The translations under genes were made by a program, and so were the position numbers. A DNA stretch of 64,000 nucleotides. Source: Candidatus Micrarchaeota archaeon. GTDB taxonomy: Archaea; Micrarchaeota; Micrarchaeia; Micrarchaeales; CABMGC01. Positions 1-10,452 of the stretch are shown one piece after another (position 1 is the stretch's first letter; each line of letters opens with the position of its first letter). Under the pieces are notes generated by a model that saw nothing but the letters and a program-made list of their open reading frames with translations, was not told where the DNA came from and ran no database searches. The DNA lies in the NCBI GenBank assembly GCA_021796225.1, contig JAJYOL010000005.1:597-64596 (forward strand), in the 5' to 3' direction.

Positions 1-144
1 GTGCAATTAGCTCTTTCCGGAAATAGAATATCAGTATATATCCCATTCGGAGAGAGATGGATATCGTATACGTATAGGAGATTGAAGGAGGCGGGGCATG
101 TGGGACTCGTAGTGAAATCCCTGTTCAGAAACCAGCACATCTGA
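1..144 (+). CDS. 3' end of proline dehydrogenase family protein (partial)
   Basis: Frame +1 reads ...RISVYIPFGERWISYTYRRLKE...HI*, matching the ProDH C-terminal VYxPxGxxWxxYxxRRLxE motif. Confidence 0.8.
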   Translation: MQLALSGNRISVYIPFGERWISYTYRRLKEAGHVGLVVKSLFRNQHI

Positions 145-239
145 TTTTAATTTCGTGTAGCGATTTGCCGTGTACACGAATCCTGACAAGGTTTATTAAA
201 AAGGTCGGGATTAAACGACAGTCGCCTAATGCCATTAGT

Positions 240-255
240 AATCTTTATAAAGATT
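240..255 (+). promoter_or_regulatory. TATA box (TTTATAAA) inside a perfect 16-bp palindrome, upstream of the OFOR operon
   Basis: AATCTTTATAAAGATT is its own reverse complement; lies about 65 bp before the ATG at 321. Confidence 0.55.
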
Positions 256-320
256 CTATACACCAAGAGCATTAGACCAGAGCAGATTACGGACATGTAA
301 AGACAAAAACAAGTGCTTAG

Positions 321-2063
321 ATGAAGAATGTTTCGATAAGAATTGCGGGAGCAAACGGGGACGGTGTAGAATCCAGCGGCGCGCTGATAATGAAGGTGGC
401 GTCAAAGAGCGGACTTCATGTGTTCGGATACAGAGGATACCAATCCATAATAAGAGGAGGACATGTGTGGTACCAGGTAAGACTTGGTGACGAAAAACTT
501 TACAGCCACGGAAAAGACATAGACATACTTATAGCATTGAATCAGGAATCCATAAAGTACCAGAAAAGCCATCTTGGAAAAAACGCGATAGTGATATATG
601 ATCCTTCAAAAGTCAATACCGATGAGATAGAAGGAAAAGGATTCCGACTCGTGAAGATACCGCTGCTTGACATAGCGATAAAAGTGAGCGGAGACCCTAT
701 AATGAGAAACGTGGCCGCAATAGGCGCTACACTCAAATTCGTAGGCATAGATCTTGAAGTATTCAAGGGTGTCGTAAAGGATATGTGGCTGCGAAAGGGA
801 GAGAAGGTAGTAAAAGATAATATAGACATAGCGACAACCGCTTACAATTACGAAGGAGTAAGCACAGTATTCGGAATAAACGGCGACGGAAAGCAGCGAT
901 ATACGATGGACGGCAATACGGCATTTTCCATAGGCACTTTTGCCGGAGGATGCAAATTCTATTCGGCTTATCCCATGACGCCTGCAAGCGGAATATTGCA
1001 TTGGTATGCCGCACACCAGAATAAGGGAGTGCTGTTCAAACAGACGGAAGATGAGTTAGCCGCGATGAATATGGCAGTTGGAGCATCTGTAGGAGGAGTA
1101 AGGGCAATGTGCGGCACTAGCGGCGGTGGATTTTCATTAATGGTAGAGGGTTTGGGGTTTGCAGGAATGGTAGAAGCGCCCGTAGTTGTAGTCGATTCGC
1201 AGAGAACCGGACCGAGCACGGGTCTTCCCACAAAAACGGAACAGGCGGATTTGCTTTTTGTGATGCACGCATCGCAGGGAGAATTTCCAAGAATAGTCGT
1301 TGCTCCGCGCAGCGTAGAGGAATGTCTGGCTATCGGAGCGGAGGTTTTCAACCTTGCCGAACGGTATCAGTGCCCTGTTTTGGTGCTTCTTGACCTTTAT
1401 CTCTCGGAAAGGATCGAGAGCATCGACGGATTCAATGTCGATCCCGTGACAATAGACAGAGGAAAACTCGTTACGTCAAATACGACAGGTGAGCGATTCA
1501 AGAGATACGAAATAACGGAGGACGGCATATCTCCACGCGGAATACCGGGCAATCCTGGCACCGAATTCATAGCCCCAAGCGATGAACATAATGAATACGG
1601 AGATTTGATAAGTGACAGTCTTTCGGGAATCGACGAGTATGTCGAATTGAGAAGGCAGATGCACGCAAAAAGAATGCGCAAAATCGAAACGATGCTTAAG
1701 AATGAAAAAATATTCGTGCCTGAGATAAGCGATCCTTCTGCGGAATATTTCCTTGTGACGTTCGGTTCGACAACCGAGCCGGTAGAGGAAGCTGCAAAGA
1801 TACTTTCGGAAAGGGGTATGAAGGTAGGCGTGATATCCTTCAATTACATAATGCCGATGGACAGCGATAAGACGAGAAGCATGCTGCAGGGTAAAAAGCT
1901 TATCGACGTCGAATGCAATTACACCGCGCAGCTGGCACAGGTAATAAAGACCAACACAGGGATAGAAATAAAGAATAGGATACTCAGATATGACGGCGAA
2001 GCCGTAACCGGAGATGACCTGGCGGAAAGTGCCGAAGAGGTCATAAAAAACTTTAAGGGATGA
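321..2063 (+). CDS. 2-oxoacid:ferredoxin oxidoreductase alpha subunit (fused gamma-alpha)
   Basis: GANGDGVES, YPMTPAS, EDELAA, TSGGGFSLM, QRTGPSTGLPT motifs. Confidence 0.95.
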   Translation: MKNVSIRIAGANGDGVESSGALIMKVASKSGLHVFGYRGYQSIIRGGHVWYQVRLGDEKLYSHGKDIDILIALNQESIKYQKSHLGKNAIVIYDPSKVNTDEIEGKGFRLVKIPLLDIAIKVSGDPIMRNVAAIGATLKFVGIDLEVFKGVVKDMWLRKGEKVVKDNIDIATTAYNYEGVSTVFGINGDGKQRYTMDGNTAFSIGTFAGGCKFYSAYPMTPASGILHWYAAHQNKGVLFKQTEDELAAMNMAVGASVGGVRAMCGTSGGGFSLMVEGLGFAGMVEAPVVVVDSQRTGPSTGLPTKTEQADLLFVMHASQGEFPRIVVAPRSVEECLAIGAEVFNLAERYQCPVLVLLDLYLSERIESIDGFNVDPVTIDRGKLVTSNTTGERFKRYEITEDGISPRGIPGNPGTEFIAPSDEHNEYGDLISDSLSGIDEYVELRRQMHAKRMRKIETMLKNEKIFVPEISDPSAEYFLVTFGSTTEPVEEAAKILSERGMKVGVISFNYIMPMDSDKTRSMLQGKKLIDVECNYTAQLAQVIKTNTGIEIKNRILRYDGEAVTGDDLAESAEEVIKNFKG

Positions 2064-2067
2064 TATT

Positions 2068-2955
2068 ATGGCAACGATAAATGTTAATCCGAAACCGACA
2101 TACGCATCGACAAACAAGCACGTTTGGTGTCCGGGATGTGGAGATTATGGAGTATTTGCAGGAATAACCAAGGCGATAACGGATCTCGGCTTGGATAGAA
2201 GCAAAGTGGCAATAGTTTCAGGAATCGGATGCAGTTCGGCTATGCCTCATGCGTTTTCCACTTATGGAATACACAGCCTCCACGGCAGACTGGTTCCTGT
2301 TGCAACGGGACTCAAGCTTGCAAACGACGAGCTTACCGTGATAGGAACAGGAGGGGATGGAGACGGCTATGGAATAGGAGTGGGACACCTTGTTCACGCG
2401 GCGAGGAGAAACATAGACATGACGTACGTAGTGATGAATAATGAGATATACGGATTAACCACAGGACAGGCATCACCTACAAGCTTCATAGGCGCAAAGA
2501 CAAAATCGACTCCTTTCGGAAGCATAGAGACCCCGGAAAACCCTCTCGCGGTTGCGATAAGCTCCGGAGCTACGTATGTCGCAAGGGCATTTTCAGGAGA
2601 GCCTGCGCACATGGCAGATATGATAAAGAACGGAATACAGCATAAGGGCTTTTCAATAATAGACGTGTTCAGTCCGTGCGTAACCTTCAATAATTTCAAT
2701 ACATACGATTGGTACAGATCAAGAGTATACAAGCTCGAAGGCACAGGACATGATGCTTCAAACAAGATAAAAGCCTTGGAAAAGGCAATAGAAACGGATA
2801 CGAACGCGTGGGAGAAGGTCCCTATCGGACTGTTTTACAAGGAAGATAGACCTACATACAGCAGTCTTGACATGACTGAGAAAAACGGTCCGCTCGTGAA
2901 ACAGCCTATGCCGACCAAGGACGTTGTAAAAGAGATAATGGAAGAATACAGATAG
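2068..2955 (+). CDS. 2-oxoacid:ferredoxin oxidoreductase beta subunit (TPP-binding)
   Basis: WCPGCG, SGIGCS, GDGD...[22 protein letters not shown]. Confidence 0.95.
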   Translation: MATINVNPKPTYASTNKHVWCPGCGDYGVFAGITKAITDLGLDRSKVAIVSGIGCSSAMPHAFSTYGIHSLHGRLVPVATGLKLANDELTVIGTGGDGDGYGIGVGHLVHAARRNIDMTYVVMNNEIYGLTTGQASPTSFIGAKTKSTPFGSIETPENPLAVAISSGATYVARAFSGEPAHMADMIKNGIQHKGFSIIDVFSPCVTFNNFNTYDWYRSRVYKLEGTGHDASNKIKALEKAIETDTNAWEKVPIGLFYKEDRPTYSSLDMTEKNGPLVKQPMPTKDVVKEIMEEYR

Positions 2956-2972
2956 AATTTGCAGTGATGCTT

Positions 2973-4022
2973 ATGGCAGGAATAGTAGGATACGGCGCTT
3001 ACATACCGATATACAGGATAAAGGTAGAGGAAATAGCGAAAATATGGAGCGAGGACGCGGAAGCCATAAAGCACGGACTCGGAATAATTGAAAAGAGCGT
3101 TCCGGGAAGAGACGAAGACGCTGCAACGATAGCGGTGGAAGCGGCAAGGCGCGCGATAAAGCATTCGGGGATAAACTCCGGTGCCATAGGCGCGATTTAT
3201 GTCGGTTCGGAATCTCACCCTTATGCAGTCAAACCCACTGCAACTGTGGTAAAAGAAGCAATACAGGCAAATGACAGGATGATGGCTGCGGACCTCGAAT
3301 TTGCATGCAAGGCCGGAACAGCAGGAATACAGATGGCAATGGGACTTGTCGACAGCGGAATTATAAAATACGGCATGGCGGCAGGAAGCGATACTTCACA
3401 GGGAAGACCGGGAGATGCGCTGGAATATACAGCAAGCGCAGGCGGAGCTGCATTCATAATTGGAAAGGAAAAGGCGGAAACGATAGCGGACATAATCAAA
3501 ACGGTAAGCTTTACTACGGATACTCCTGATTTCTGGAGGCGCGAAGGAGCGAGCTTCCCGACACACAGCGGCAGATTCACCGGAGAACCAGGATACTTCA
3601 GGCACGTTACAAGCGCAACGAAAATGCTTTTAGAAGATACCGGATTCAAGCCTTCGGATTTTTCTTATGCGGTATTTCACCAGCCGAACGGCAAATTCCC
3701 GAGAAACGTTGCCAAGATGCTAGGATTTACGGAAGAGCAGATAGCGCCGGGACTCATGACTCCGATAATAGGCAATACCTATTCGGGTTCGTCGATTATA
3801 GGGCTCGCCGCCACGCTCGACGTCGCAAAGCCCGGCGACAGGATACTTCTTACAAGCTTCGGCTCGGGAGCCGGAAGCGATTCTTTCGCGATAGAGGTTA
3901 CGGAGAATATAGACGCAAAGAGAGCGAAACTTGTCAAGGTAAGGGACATAGCAGATGCACACAAAAAGTACATCGACTATTCGACTTATTTGAAGAACAG
4001 GAATACCATAAAGAAGAGGTAA
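2973..4022 (+). CDS. archaeal hydroxymethylglutaryl-CoA synthase
   Basis: [19 protein letters not shown] (catalytic Cys), [14 protein letters not shown]; ATG at 2973 follows a GTGAT SD-like motif (track start 2964). Confidence 0.93.
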   Translation: MAGIVGYGAYIPIYRIKVEEIAKIWSEDAEAIKHGLGIIEKSVPGRDEDAATIAVEAARRAIKHSGINSGAIGAIYVGSESHPYAVKPTATVVKEAIQANDRMMAADLEFACKAGTAGIQMAMGLVDSGIIKYGMAAGSDTSQGRPGDALEYTASAGGAAFIIGKEKAETIADIIKTVSFTTDTPDFWRREGASFPTHSGRFTGEPGYFRHVTSATKMLLEDTGFKPSDFSYAVFHQPNGKFPRNVAKMLGFTEEQIAPGLMTPIIGNTYSGSSIIGLAATLDVAKPGDRILLTSFGSGAGSDSFAIEVTENIDAKRAKLVKVRDIADAHKKYIDYSTYLKNRNTIKKR

Positions 4023-4026
4023 AACG

Positions 4027-5193
4027 ATGAGCAGAGATGTTGCTATAATAGGAGTCGGTCTTGCAAAGTTCGGGGAGAGATGGAACGCCGGACTGAAGGA
4101 ACTCATGGCAGAAGCTGGGCTTCAGGCTTTGGAAGATGCAAATCTGAAAAGTGACGATGTTGAAATGCTTTACGGAGGCACGATGGCTTCCGGAAGGTTC
4201 ATGGGACAAGAGCACGTTGCAGCCCTTATGTCGGACCAGCTGGGATTCAAAAATATACCGGCCGTAAGGATAGAAAATGCATGCGCAAGCGGAGGAAGCG
4301 CACTCAGACAGGGATACATATCAGTTGCAAGCGACATACATGACATAGTTGTCGTAGGAGGAGTGGAAAAGATGACGGATGTCACATCATCCGAAGCCAC
4401 AACCGCACTCGGCGGGGCTGGAGACCAGGAATGGGAACTGTTCCAGGGGATAACATTCCCCGCGCTTTACGCCATGATGGCGAAACGGCACATGTACGAA
4501 TACGGAACGACAGAAGAGCAGCTTGCAGCAGTTTCCGTCAAGAATCATGAAAACGCAATGAAAAACAAATATGCGCAGTTTCATAAAAGGCTTACGATAG
4601 ACGAAGTGATGAAATCCAAAATGGTATCGGATCCACTCAAGCTTCTTGACTGCTCACCGATATCGGACGGCGCGGCAGCTGTGGTTCTTGCACCTTTGGA
4701 GATAGCACGCAAGTACAACGATACTCCGATAAAGATAGTTGCAAGCGCCCAGGCTAGCGATACGCTACGCCTTGCGGAAAGGGACAACCTGACAAGCATA
4801 AAAGCCACATCCATTGCTGCTGAAAAAGCGTACAAGCAGGCTGGAGTAACACCGAAAGACATAAACGTTGCGGAAGTCCACGACTGCTTCACCATAGCCG
4901 AGATAATGGCGATGGAAGATTTGGGATTCTACAAGAAAGGAGAAGCGGGAAAAGCCGTCATGAACGGGGAAACGGCGATAAATTCCAAAATTTCAATCAA
5001 CACGAGCGGCGGGTTGAAAGGATGCGGACACCCAGTAGGTGCAACGGGAGTAAAGCAAGCAGTTGAAGCCGTATGGCAGCTCAGGGGAGATGCAGGCGAA
5101 AGGCAGGTTAACGGAGCGGAAGTCGCACTCACGCACAATGTCGGAGGAAGCGGCGCAACCGCAGTCGTACATATATACAAGAGAGCAAATTGA
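4027..5193 (+). CDS. acetoacetyl-CoA thiolase (archaeal type)
   Basis: ENACASG, EVHDCFT, GHPVGATG, HNVGG. Confidence 0.93.
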   Translation: MSRDVAIIGVGLAKFGERWNAGLKELMAEAGLQALEDANLKSDDVEMLYGGTMASGRFMGQEHVAALMSDQLGFKNIPAVRIENACASGGSALRQGYISVASDIHDIVVVGGVEKMTDVTSSEATTALGGAGDQEWELFQGITFPALYAMMAKRHMYEYGTTEEQLAAVSVKNHENAMKNKYAQFHKRLTIDEVMKSKMVSDPLKLLDCSPISDGAAAVVLAPLEIARKYNDTPIKIVASAQASDTLRLAERDNLTSIKATSIAAEKAYKQAGVTPKDINVAEVHDCFTIAEIMAMEDLGFYKKGEAGKAVMNGETAINSKISINTSGGLKGCGHPVGATGVKQAVEAVWQLRGDAGERQVNGAEVALTHNVGGSGATAVVHIYKRAN

Positions 5194-5201
5194 TGATTAC
5201 C

Positions 5202-5597
5202 ATGGAAAAACCTTCAGCATCATTATGGAGAAAAATAAAGCCCAGATACAATCTGTCGGGCAACATATGCAAAAATTGCAGCACGGCGTATTTCCCGCCG
5301 AGAATCGTTTGCAGGAAGTGCGGCAGAAACTCCAAGATGGAGAGCATGACGTTCAGCGGCAACGGCGAGATAATATCGTTTACCGAAATACGCGTGCCTC
5401 CGGACACGTTCAGAGACGAAGCGCCTTACACGGTGGGAGTGGTAAAGCTTGATGAAGGACCTCTTGTAGAAGGGCACATACTTGAAAACGGAATAAAGAT
5501 AGACATAGGGACAAAAGTAAAGGCCGCTTTCAGAAAAATGTACGTCGATGGAGAAGAAGGGCCCATATACTATCATTACAAGTTCGAACCAGTGTGA
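5202..5597 (+). CDS. DUF35 Zn-ribbon/OB-fold protein (thiolase-HMGCS scaffold)
   Basis: CKNC...FPPRIVCRKC followed by OB fold; canonical position after thiolase. Confidence 0.9.
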   Translation: MEKPSASLWRKIKPRYNLSGNICKNCSTAYFPPRIVCRKCGRNSKMESMTFSGNGEIISFTEIRVPPDTFRDEAPYTVGVVKLDEGPLVEGHILENGIKIDIGTKVKAAFRKMYVDGEEGPIYYHYKFEPV

Positions 5598-5680
5598 GAA
5601 AGATGTTGTACTCGAATGCGTTTTCTCTCACAAAGGTATATAAATTAATTTTCAGCTTATTATTGAACGGTGCGAGTTAA

Positions 5681-6460
5681 ATGCAACTTTTGTCAATAAA
5701 GACGATTGCATACATAATAGCAATGATGCTCGTGCTCGGTTATGGAATAACGGGAACATACCTACTCGGAGAACGCGGTGCCTTCAATGGCTTCAATGCG
5801 CATAAGGACTCGCTTATCAACGCAACATATTATACAGTAGTTACGCTTGCCACCGTCGGATACGGGGACATTACGCCTGCAACAGGATTGGCAAAAATTT
5901 TCGTTATGACGCTTATACTTGCAGGACTGGGGGTATTTCTCAGCGCGGTTGCGGTTATAGGAGGGGAATTTATGAATAGCAGAATAGAAACACTCACCGG
6001 AAGAGTCTCGGCATTCGAGAAACGCATGTTCAACAGGCACATTGTACTGATAGGAACAAACAGCACGAATCTTTACCTTGCTGAAAAACTTAAGGAAAGG
6101 GGAGAACGCTTCATAATGATCACTTCGGACAGGGAGAAAGCAGACCAATTGAAGGAACTTGGGTTTTCAACATTCGTGGCTGATGCGACTTCCGACATGG
6201 ACATGTCAAAATTCAATCTTGACAAGGCACGCATGATAGTAATAGACGTAAAAGACAGTTCCCGCACCATATACGTCCTTCTTGTTGCAAAAAGCCTTGC
6301 GAAGGAAAGACGCATCGTTGCTCTCGTACCAACGGAAGAGGCGGCAAGGCACATAAGGAGCCTGCACGTCGCAACGATGATAATAAATCCTTCAGACATA
6401 GCTGCAAGGGAAATAAGCAACGTGGCATTTACCGACGAAGACAAGAAGCACAGGGTATGA
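5681..6460 (+). CDS. 2-TM potassium channel with RCK/TrkA-N domain
   Basis: TLATVGYGD selectivity filter; HIVLIG Rossmann-like domain. Confidence 0.92.
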   Translation: MQLLSIKTIAYIIAMMLVLGYGITGTYLLGERGAFNGFNAHKDSLINATYYTVVTLATVGYGDITPATGLAKIFVMTLILAGLGVFLSAVAVIGGEFMNSRIETLTGRVSAFEKRMFNRHIVLIGTNSTNLYLAEKLKERGERFIMITSDREKADQLKELGFSTFVADATSDMDMSKFNLDKARMIVIDVKDSSRTIYVLLVAKSLAKERRIVALVPTEEAARHIRSLHVATMIINPSDIAAREISNVAFTDEDKKHRV

Positions 6461-6576
6461 TTTTCCGTGTGTGATGCAGGCATTAAAACATAGGCACGTT
6501 TGCCATGAAAGCGGGCTACGAGAAGAGTTAATAAGGCAAACAGCGATAGTTAACGTAAACACTTATTGGTAATCTC

Positions 6577-8946
6577 ATGTACGACAGGAGCATAGAAGGG
6601 AAATGGCAGGAAGAGTGGAAACGGTCCCATCTCTTCGATTTCGACCCTGAAAGCGACAAGCCTCTTTATGTCATCGATACGCCACCACCGTACACAAGCG
6701 GCGTTCTCCACATGGGACACGTGCTAAGTTATTCTTTCATCGATTTCATAGCCAGATACAAAAGAATGAAGGGTTTTAGCGTCTATTACCCGCAGGGATG
6801 GGATACGATGGGTTTCCCCACGGAACGCGCGGTTGAAAAAAAATTCGGCAAGGGACTCGAAACGCAGGAATTCCTGGAAAAGGCAAAAGAGCTTGCCACA
6901 AAGAACATGCACATGATGTCGGAGCAGATGGACAGGATAGGAAGTTCCGTCGATTCGTCGCTCGGCTATGTCACCATGTCCGACAAATACCAGGCGGCAG
7001 TGCAGCTTTCGATACTTCAGATGTATGAAAAGGGATTCGTATACAAAGGCGAACATCCTGTTTACTGGTGCGTATACTGCAGAAGTGCAATAGCGAAGGA
7101 AGAAACCGACGACATTGAAGAAAACACAAATTTGAATTATGTTAATTTCGATCTTGAAGACGGGAGCGGAAAACTGACGATAGCAACTACAAGACCCGAA
7201 TTCATACACGCATGCGTTGCAATAGCAGTCAACCCCACGGACAAGAAAAATCAGCGGTTGCTCGGCAAGAAGGTAAAGGTACCGCTGTATGGAACCGTCG
7301 TTCCCGTAGTATCGGATACCGAAGTTGATGCTGAATACGGAACGGGTGCGGAAATGATAAGCACATTCGGTGACAAACAGGATCTTGTCATGTATCACAG
7401 GCACAAGCTTAACAAGATAAACGCAGTTGATGAAACGGGCAAGCTACTTAATGCTGGAAAGAATACGGGCCTTAAGATTGCCGACGCCAGAAGCACGGTA
7501 CTCGAACAGTTGAAGGAGGAAGGCAGATTGGAAAAACAGGTAGACATGAAGCACAGCGTAAAGGTGCACGATAGGTGCAACAACAAGATAGAGCTTTTGG
7601 AAAGCAGGCAATGGTTCATGCGAACCGTGGAGTTCGCGGAGAAGATAAAGGAGCTTGCGCATTCGATAGAATGGCAGCCAGAGTTTACGAAACGCTACCT
7701 GCTTGACTGGGCGGAATACATAGACTGGGACTGGGTCATATCGAGGAACAGGAGATTTGATACGCCGCTGCCGTTCTGGTACTGCAAAAATTGCGATTAC
7801 ATAATACCTGCAGTGAAAGACAGCCTTCCTGTCGATCCTAAACTCGATAAACCGGAAGAAAGCATATGCCCGAAGTGCAACGGCGAAATCGTCGGGGAGG
7901 ACCTCACGTGCGACGTGTGGATAGATTCATCGATAACCCCCATGGTAATAGCAGGCTGGCCTGAAGATAGCGACGGATTCAGCAAACGTTTCCCCGCAGA
8001 TCTCAGAGTGCAGGGAACGGAAATTATTCGCTCGTGGGCGTTTTACACCATATACAGAGTATGGGCGCTTACAGGACAGATACCTTTCAAAAAGATACTG
8101 ATACACGGAATGGTGCTTGGACCGGATAACAAAAAAATGAGCAAGAGTCTTGGCAATGTCGTTTCTCCCGAGGAGCAGATAGAGAAATTCTCTGTTGACT
8201 CGGTAAGGATGTGGGCTGCGCTGAGCGGTGCGATAGGCAGGGATAGAGCGTTCGTTTTCAACGACGTAAAATACGCACATGATTTCATAAACAAGCTGTT
8301 CAATTCTTTCGCGTTTGTAGAAAAAGTAATCGGAGGCACGCCGCATGAAACGGCAAACGTGCAGAATCTCGGCGTTTTCGACAGATGGATGTTGAGCAGG
8401 CTTAATTCGATAATAGAAAAAGTCGACGAGAGCTTCAACGGGTTTAACTTCTTCACGGCATCGAGCATGCTTATAGAATTTTTCTGGCATGAATTCTGCG
8501 ATTTTTACATAGAAAACGTAAAGCACGTGATGTACGGAAATGACGAAGTCAGAAAAAGCGCGGTAGCATATGTGCTTAACGAAGTGATAACCAAAACGCT
8601 GAAGATGCTTGCGCCGATAACGCCGTTTGCTGCCGAAGAACTTTACTCGAAACTCGGCGGAGGAAGCATACATAAGGAGACATTCCCGGTTGCAGATGCA
8701 TCATGGAAGGATGAAAAATCCGAATCTGACGCCACGGTCCTCAATGAAGTAATAACCGGGGTCAGAAAAGCAAAGGCTTCCGCAAGACTTGCCCTAAACT
8801 ACCAGATAACAACAATACTTATAAACATTCCTGACAAATATAATACGCTAGTGGAAACGAACAGAGAAGAACTTCTGGCAATATGCAAGGCTAACGGCAT
8901 TGAAATACGAAACGCAGATGCGCTTTCCGTTGAAATCAAAGCCTGA
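6577..8946 (+). CDS. valS: valyl-tRNA synthetase
   Basis: DTPPPY, HMGH, ATTRPE, DWVISR, KMSKS. Confidence 0.95.
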   Translation: MYDRSIEGKWQEEWKRSHLFDFDPESDKPLYVIDTPPPYTSGVLHMGHVLSYSFIDFIARYKRMKGFSVYYPQGWDTMGFPTERAVEKKFGKGLETQEFLEKAKELATKNMHMMSEQMDRIGSSVDSSLGYVTMSDKYQAAVQLSILQMYEKGFVYKGEHPVYWCVYCRSAIAKEETDDIEENTNLNYVNFDLEDGSGKLTIATTRPEFIHACVAIAVNPTDKKNQRLLGKKVKVPLYGTVVPVVSDTEVDAEYGTGAEMISTFGDKQDLVMYHRHKLNKINAVDETGKLLNAGKNTGLKIADARSTVLEQLKEEGRLEKQVDMKHSVKVHDRCNNKIELLESRQWFMRTVEFAEKIKELAHSIEWQPEFTKRYLLDWAEYIDWDWVISRNRRFDTPLPFWYCKNCDYIIPAVKDSLPVDPKLDKPEESICPKCNGEIVGEDLTCDVWIDSSITPMVIAGWPEDSDGFSKRFPADLRVQGTEIIRSWAFYTIYRVWALTGQIPFKKILIHGMVLGPDNKKMSKSLGNVVSPEEQIEKFSVDSVRMWAALSGAIGRDRAFVFNDVKYAHDFINKLFNSFAFVEKVIGGTPHETANVQNLGVFDRWMLSRLNSIIEKVDESFNGFNFFTASSMLIEFFWHEFCDFYIENVKHVMYGNDEVRKSAVAYVLNEVITKTLKMLAPITPFAAEELYSKLGGGSIHKETFPVADASWKDEKSESDATVLNEVITGVRKAKASARLALNYQITTILINIPDKYNTLVETNREELLAICKANGIEIRNADALSVEIKA

Positions 8947-8977
8947 CAGTATAAATTTGGTAATATTTAGTGATCGA

Positions 8978-9442
8978 ATGGCAAGGATGCACACAGGAAG
9001 ACATGGCAAGTCCAAGTCGAGAAAGCCGGCCGTGGAACTCAACACAGTACCTGAAGGATTTACGGGTACGAAGGAAGAGATAGACGAAGCGATAGTCGGC
9101 TATGCAAAGCAGGGCATCCCGCAGACGATGATAGGGCAATTGTTAAAGTCAAAGAACGGGCTTCCTTACATAAAGCAGTTTTATGGCAAGAGGCTTGGCA
9201 CGATACTCAAAGAAAAGGGTTATTCTCCGGACATACCGCAGGATCTGATGGATTTGCTCAAACGGGCAATCCTTATGAGAAGGCATCTTGAGAAGAACCA
9301 CAATGACGTTCACAACAAGGTAAGACTTAACAGAATAGAATCCAAGATATGGCGCTTGGGCAAATACTACAAGAAGCAGGGTATCCTGGCAAAGGATTGG
9401 AAGTACGATCCTGTAAAAGTTGCACTTATGATAAAGAGCTAA
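8978..9442 (+). CDS. rps15: 30S ribosomal protein uS15 (S15/S13e)
   Basis: MARMHTGRHGKSKS...IESKIWRLGKYYK...WKY; ATG at 8978. Confidence 0.95.
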   Translation: MARMHTGRHGKSKSRKPAVELNTVPEGFTGTKEEIDEAIVGYAKQGIPQTMIGQLLKSKNGLPYIKQFYGKRLGTILKEKGYSPDIPQDLMDLLKRAILMRRHLEKNHNDVHNKVRLNRIESKIWRLGKYYKKQGILAKDWKYDPVKVALMIKS

Positions 9443-9452
9443 GCTGGTTTGA

Positions 9453-10016
9453 ATGGCTGTCCTTAAACAAGTAGAGAAATGGAAGGCGAAGAAGTGGTAC
9501 AACATATTCGCTCCGAAACTGTTCGGAGAGACAGTCATAAGCGAGATACCGGGCTCTGATGATAAAGGCATGATAGGGCGCATGATAAAGGTAAACATGT
9601 CATGGATAACCCACAAGCCTGAACACTCATTCATAACGGTAGGCATGAAGATAAACAGCATAAACGGAGAGGCCGCACATACCGATTTGAAATACCTTGA
9701 ACAGACATACAGCTACATACACTCATTGGTAAGGAGAAGGCAGAGCGCAATATACACTGTCGATTCGCTCAAGGACAAAACGGGCAAGGCATTCGTACTG
9801 AAGCTTTTGATAATGACGGTAAACAAGGTTGCTACGCCGAAGAAGACTGCGATAAGAAGAGTTATAGCGGACTTCCTTAAGGAGTACACGGCCGCACACG
9901 ACATTGATGAAATAGTCAATGGGTTGATTTCAAACGCCCTTCAAAGAGAAGCAGCTTCGAAAATATTCAACATTGCAGAGATAAACAAACTCGAGCTCAA
10001 GAAAATAGAATTGTGA
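9453..10016 (+). CDS. rps3ae: 30S ribosomal protein eS1 (S3Ae)
   Basis: KWKAKKWYNIFAPKLF, SLVRRR; follows rps15. Confidence 0.9.
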   Translation: MAVLKQVEKWKAKKWYNIFAPKLFGETVISEIPGSDDKGMIGRMIKVNMSWITHKPEHSFITVGMKINSINGEAAHTDLKYLEQTYSYIHSLVRRRQSAIYTVDSLKDKTGKAFVLKLLIMTVNKVATPKKTAIRRVIADFLKEYTAAHDIDEIVNGLISNALQREAASKIFNIAEINKLELKKIEL

Positions 10017-10042
10017 TTCTGCTCTCGTTTTTACGCCGATTT

Positions 10043-10420
10043 TTATTCAGGTTTTTCTTCTTTTTGCTTCAGCTTGAGCTTTTCTCCGAGAAATTCCGAT
10101 AATACTACGGCATTGTTGTGTTCCGCATCCTGTGAGGCGTAGACAAGCGTTATATCCGTTTTATCCGCAAGCGCTATCATGCTCTCGGATTCTTCGTTTT
10201 TTTCCAGTTCCTTGAGATACTTGCGCCGAAATTCTTCCCATTTTGAAGGATTTTGGGTAAACCATAAGCGCAGATCGTTGCTTGGCGCTATGTCCTTGAT
10301 CCATTTGTCTATGTGTGCCGTGGACTTCTTTACCCCTCTTGGCCACAGCCTGTCAACCAGCACCCTGGTACCATCGGTAACTTCCACTTTATCGAATATC
10401 TTTTTTATTCCGAGAAGCAC
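10043..10420 (-). CDS. DUF488/YeaO family protein
   Basis: DGTRVLVDRLWPRGVKK, APSNDLRLWF, HNNAVVL. Confidence 0.9.
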   Translation of the reverse strand: MLLGIKKIFDKVEVTDGTRVLVDRLWPRGVKKSTAHIDKWIKDIAPSNDLRLWFTQNPSKWEEFRRKYLKELEKNEESESMIALADKTDITLVYASQDAEHNNAVVLSEFLGEKLKLKQKEEKPE

Positions 10421-10452
10421 TGGATTACCCGGTTATAATCAGAATGAAGATT

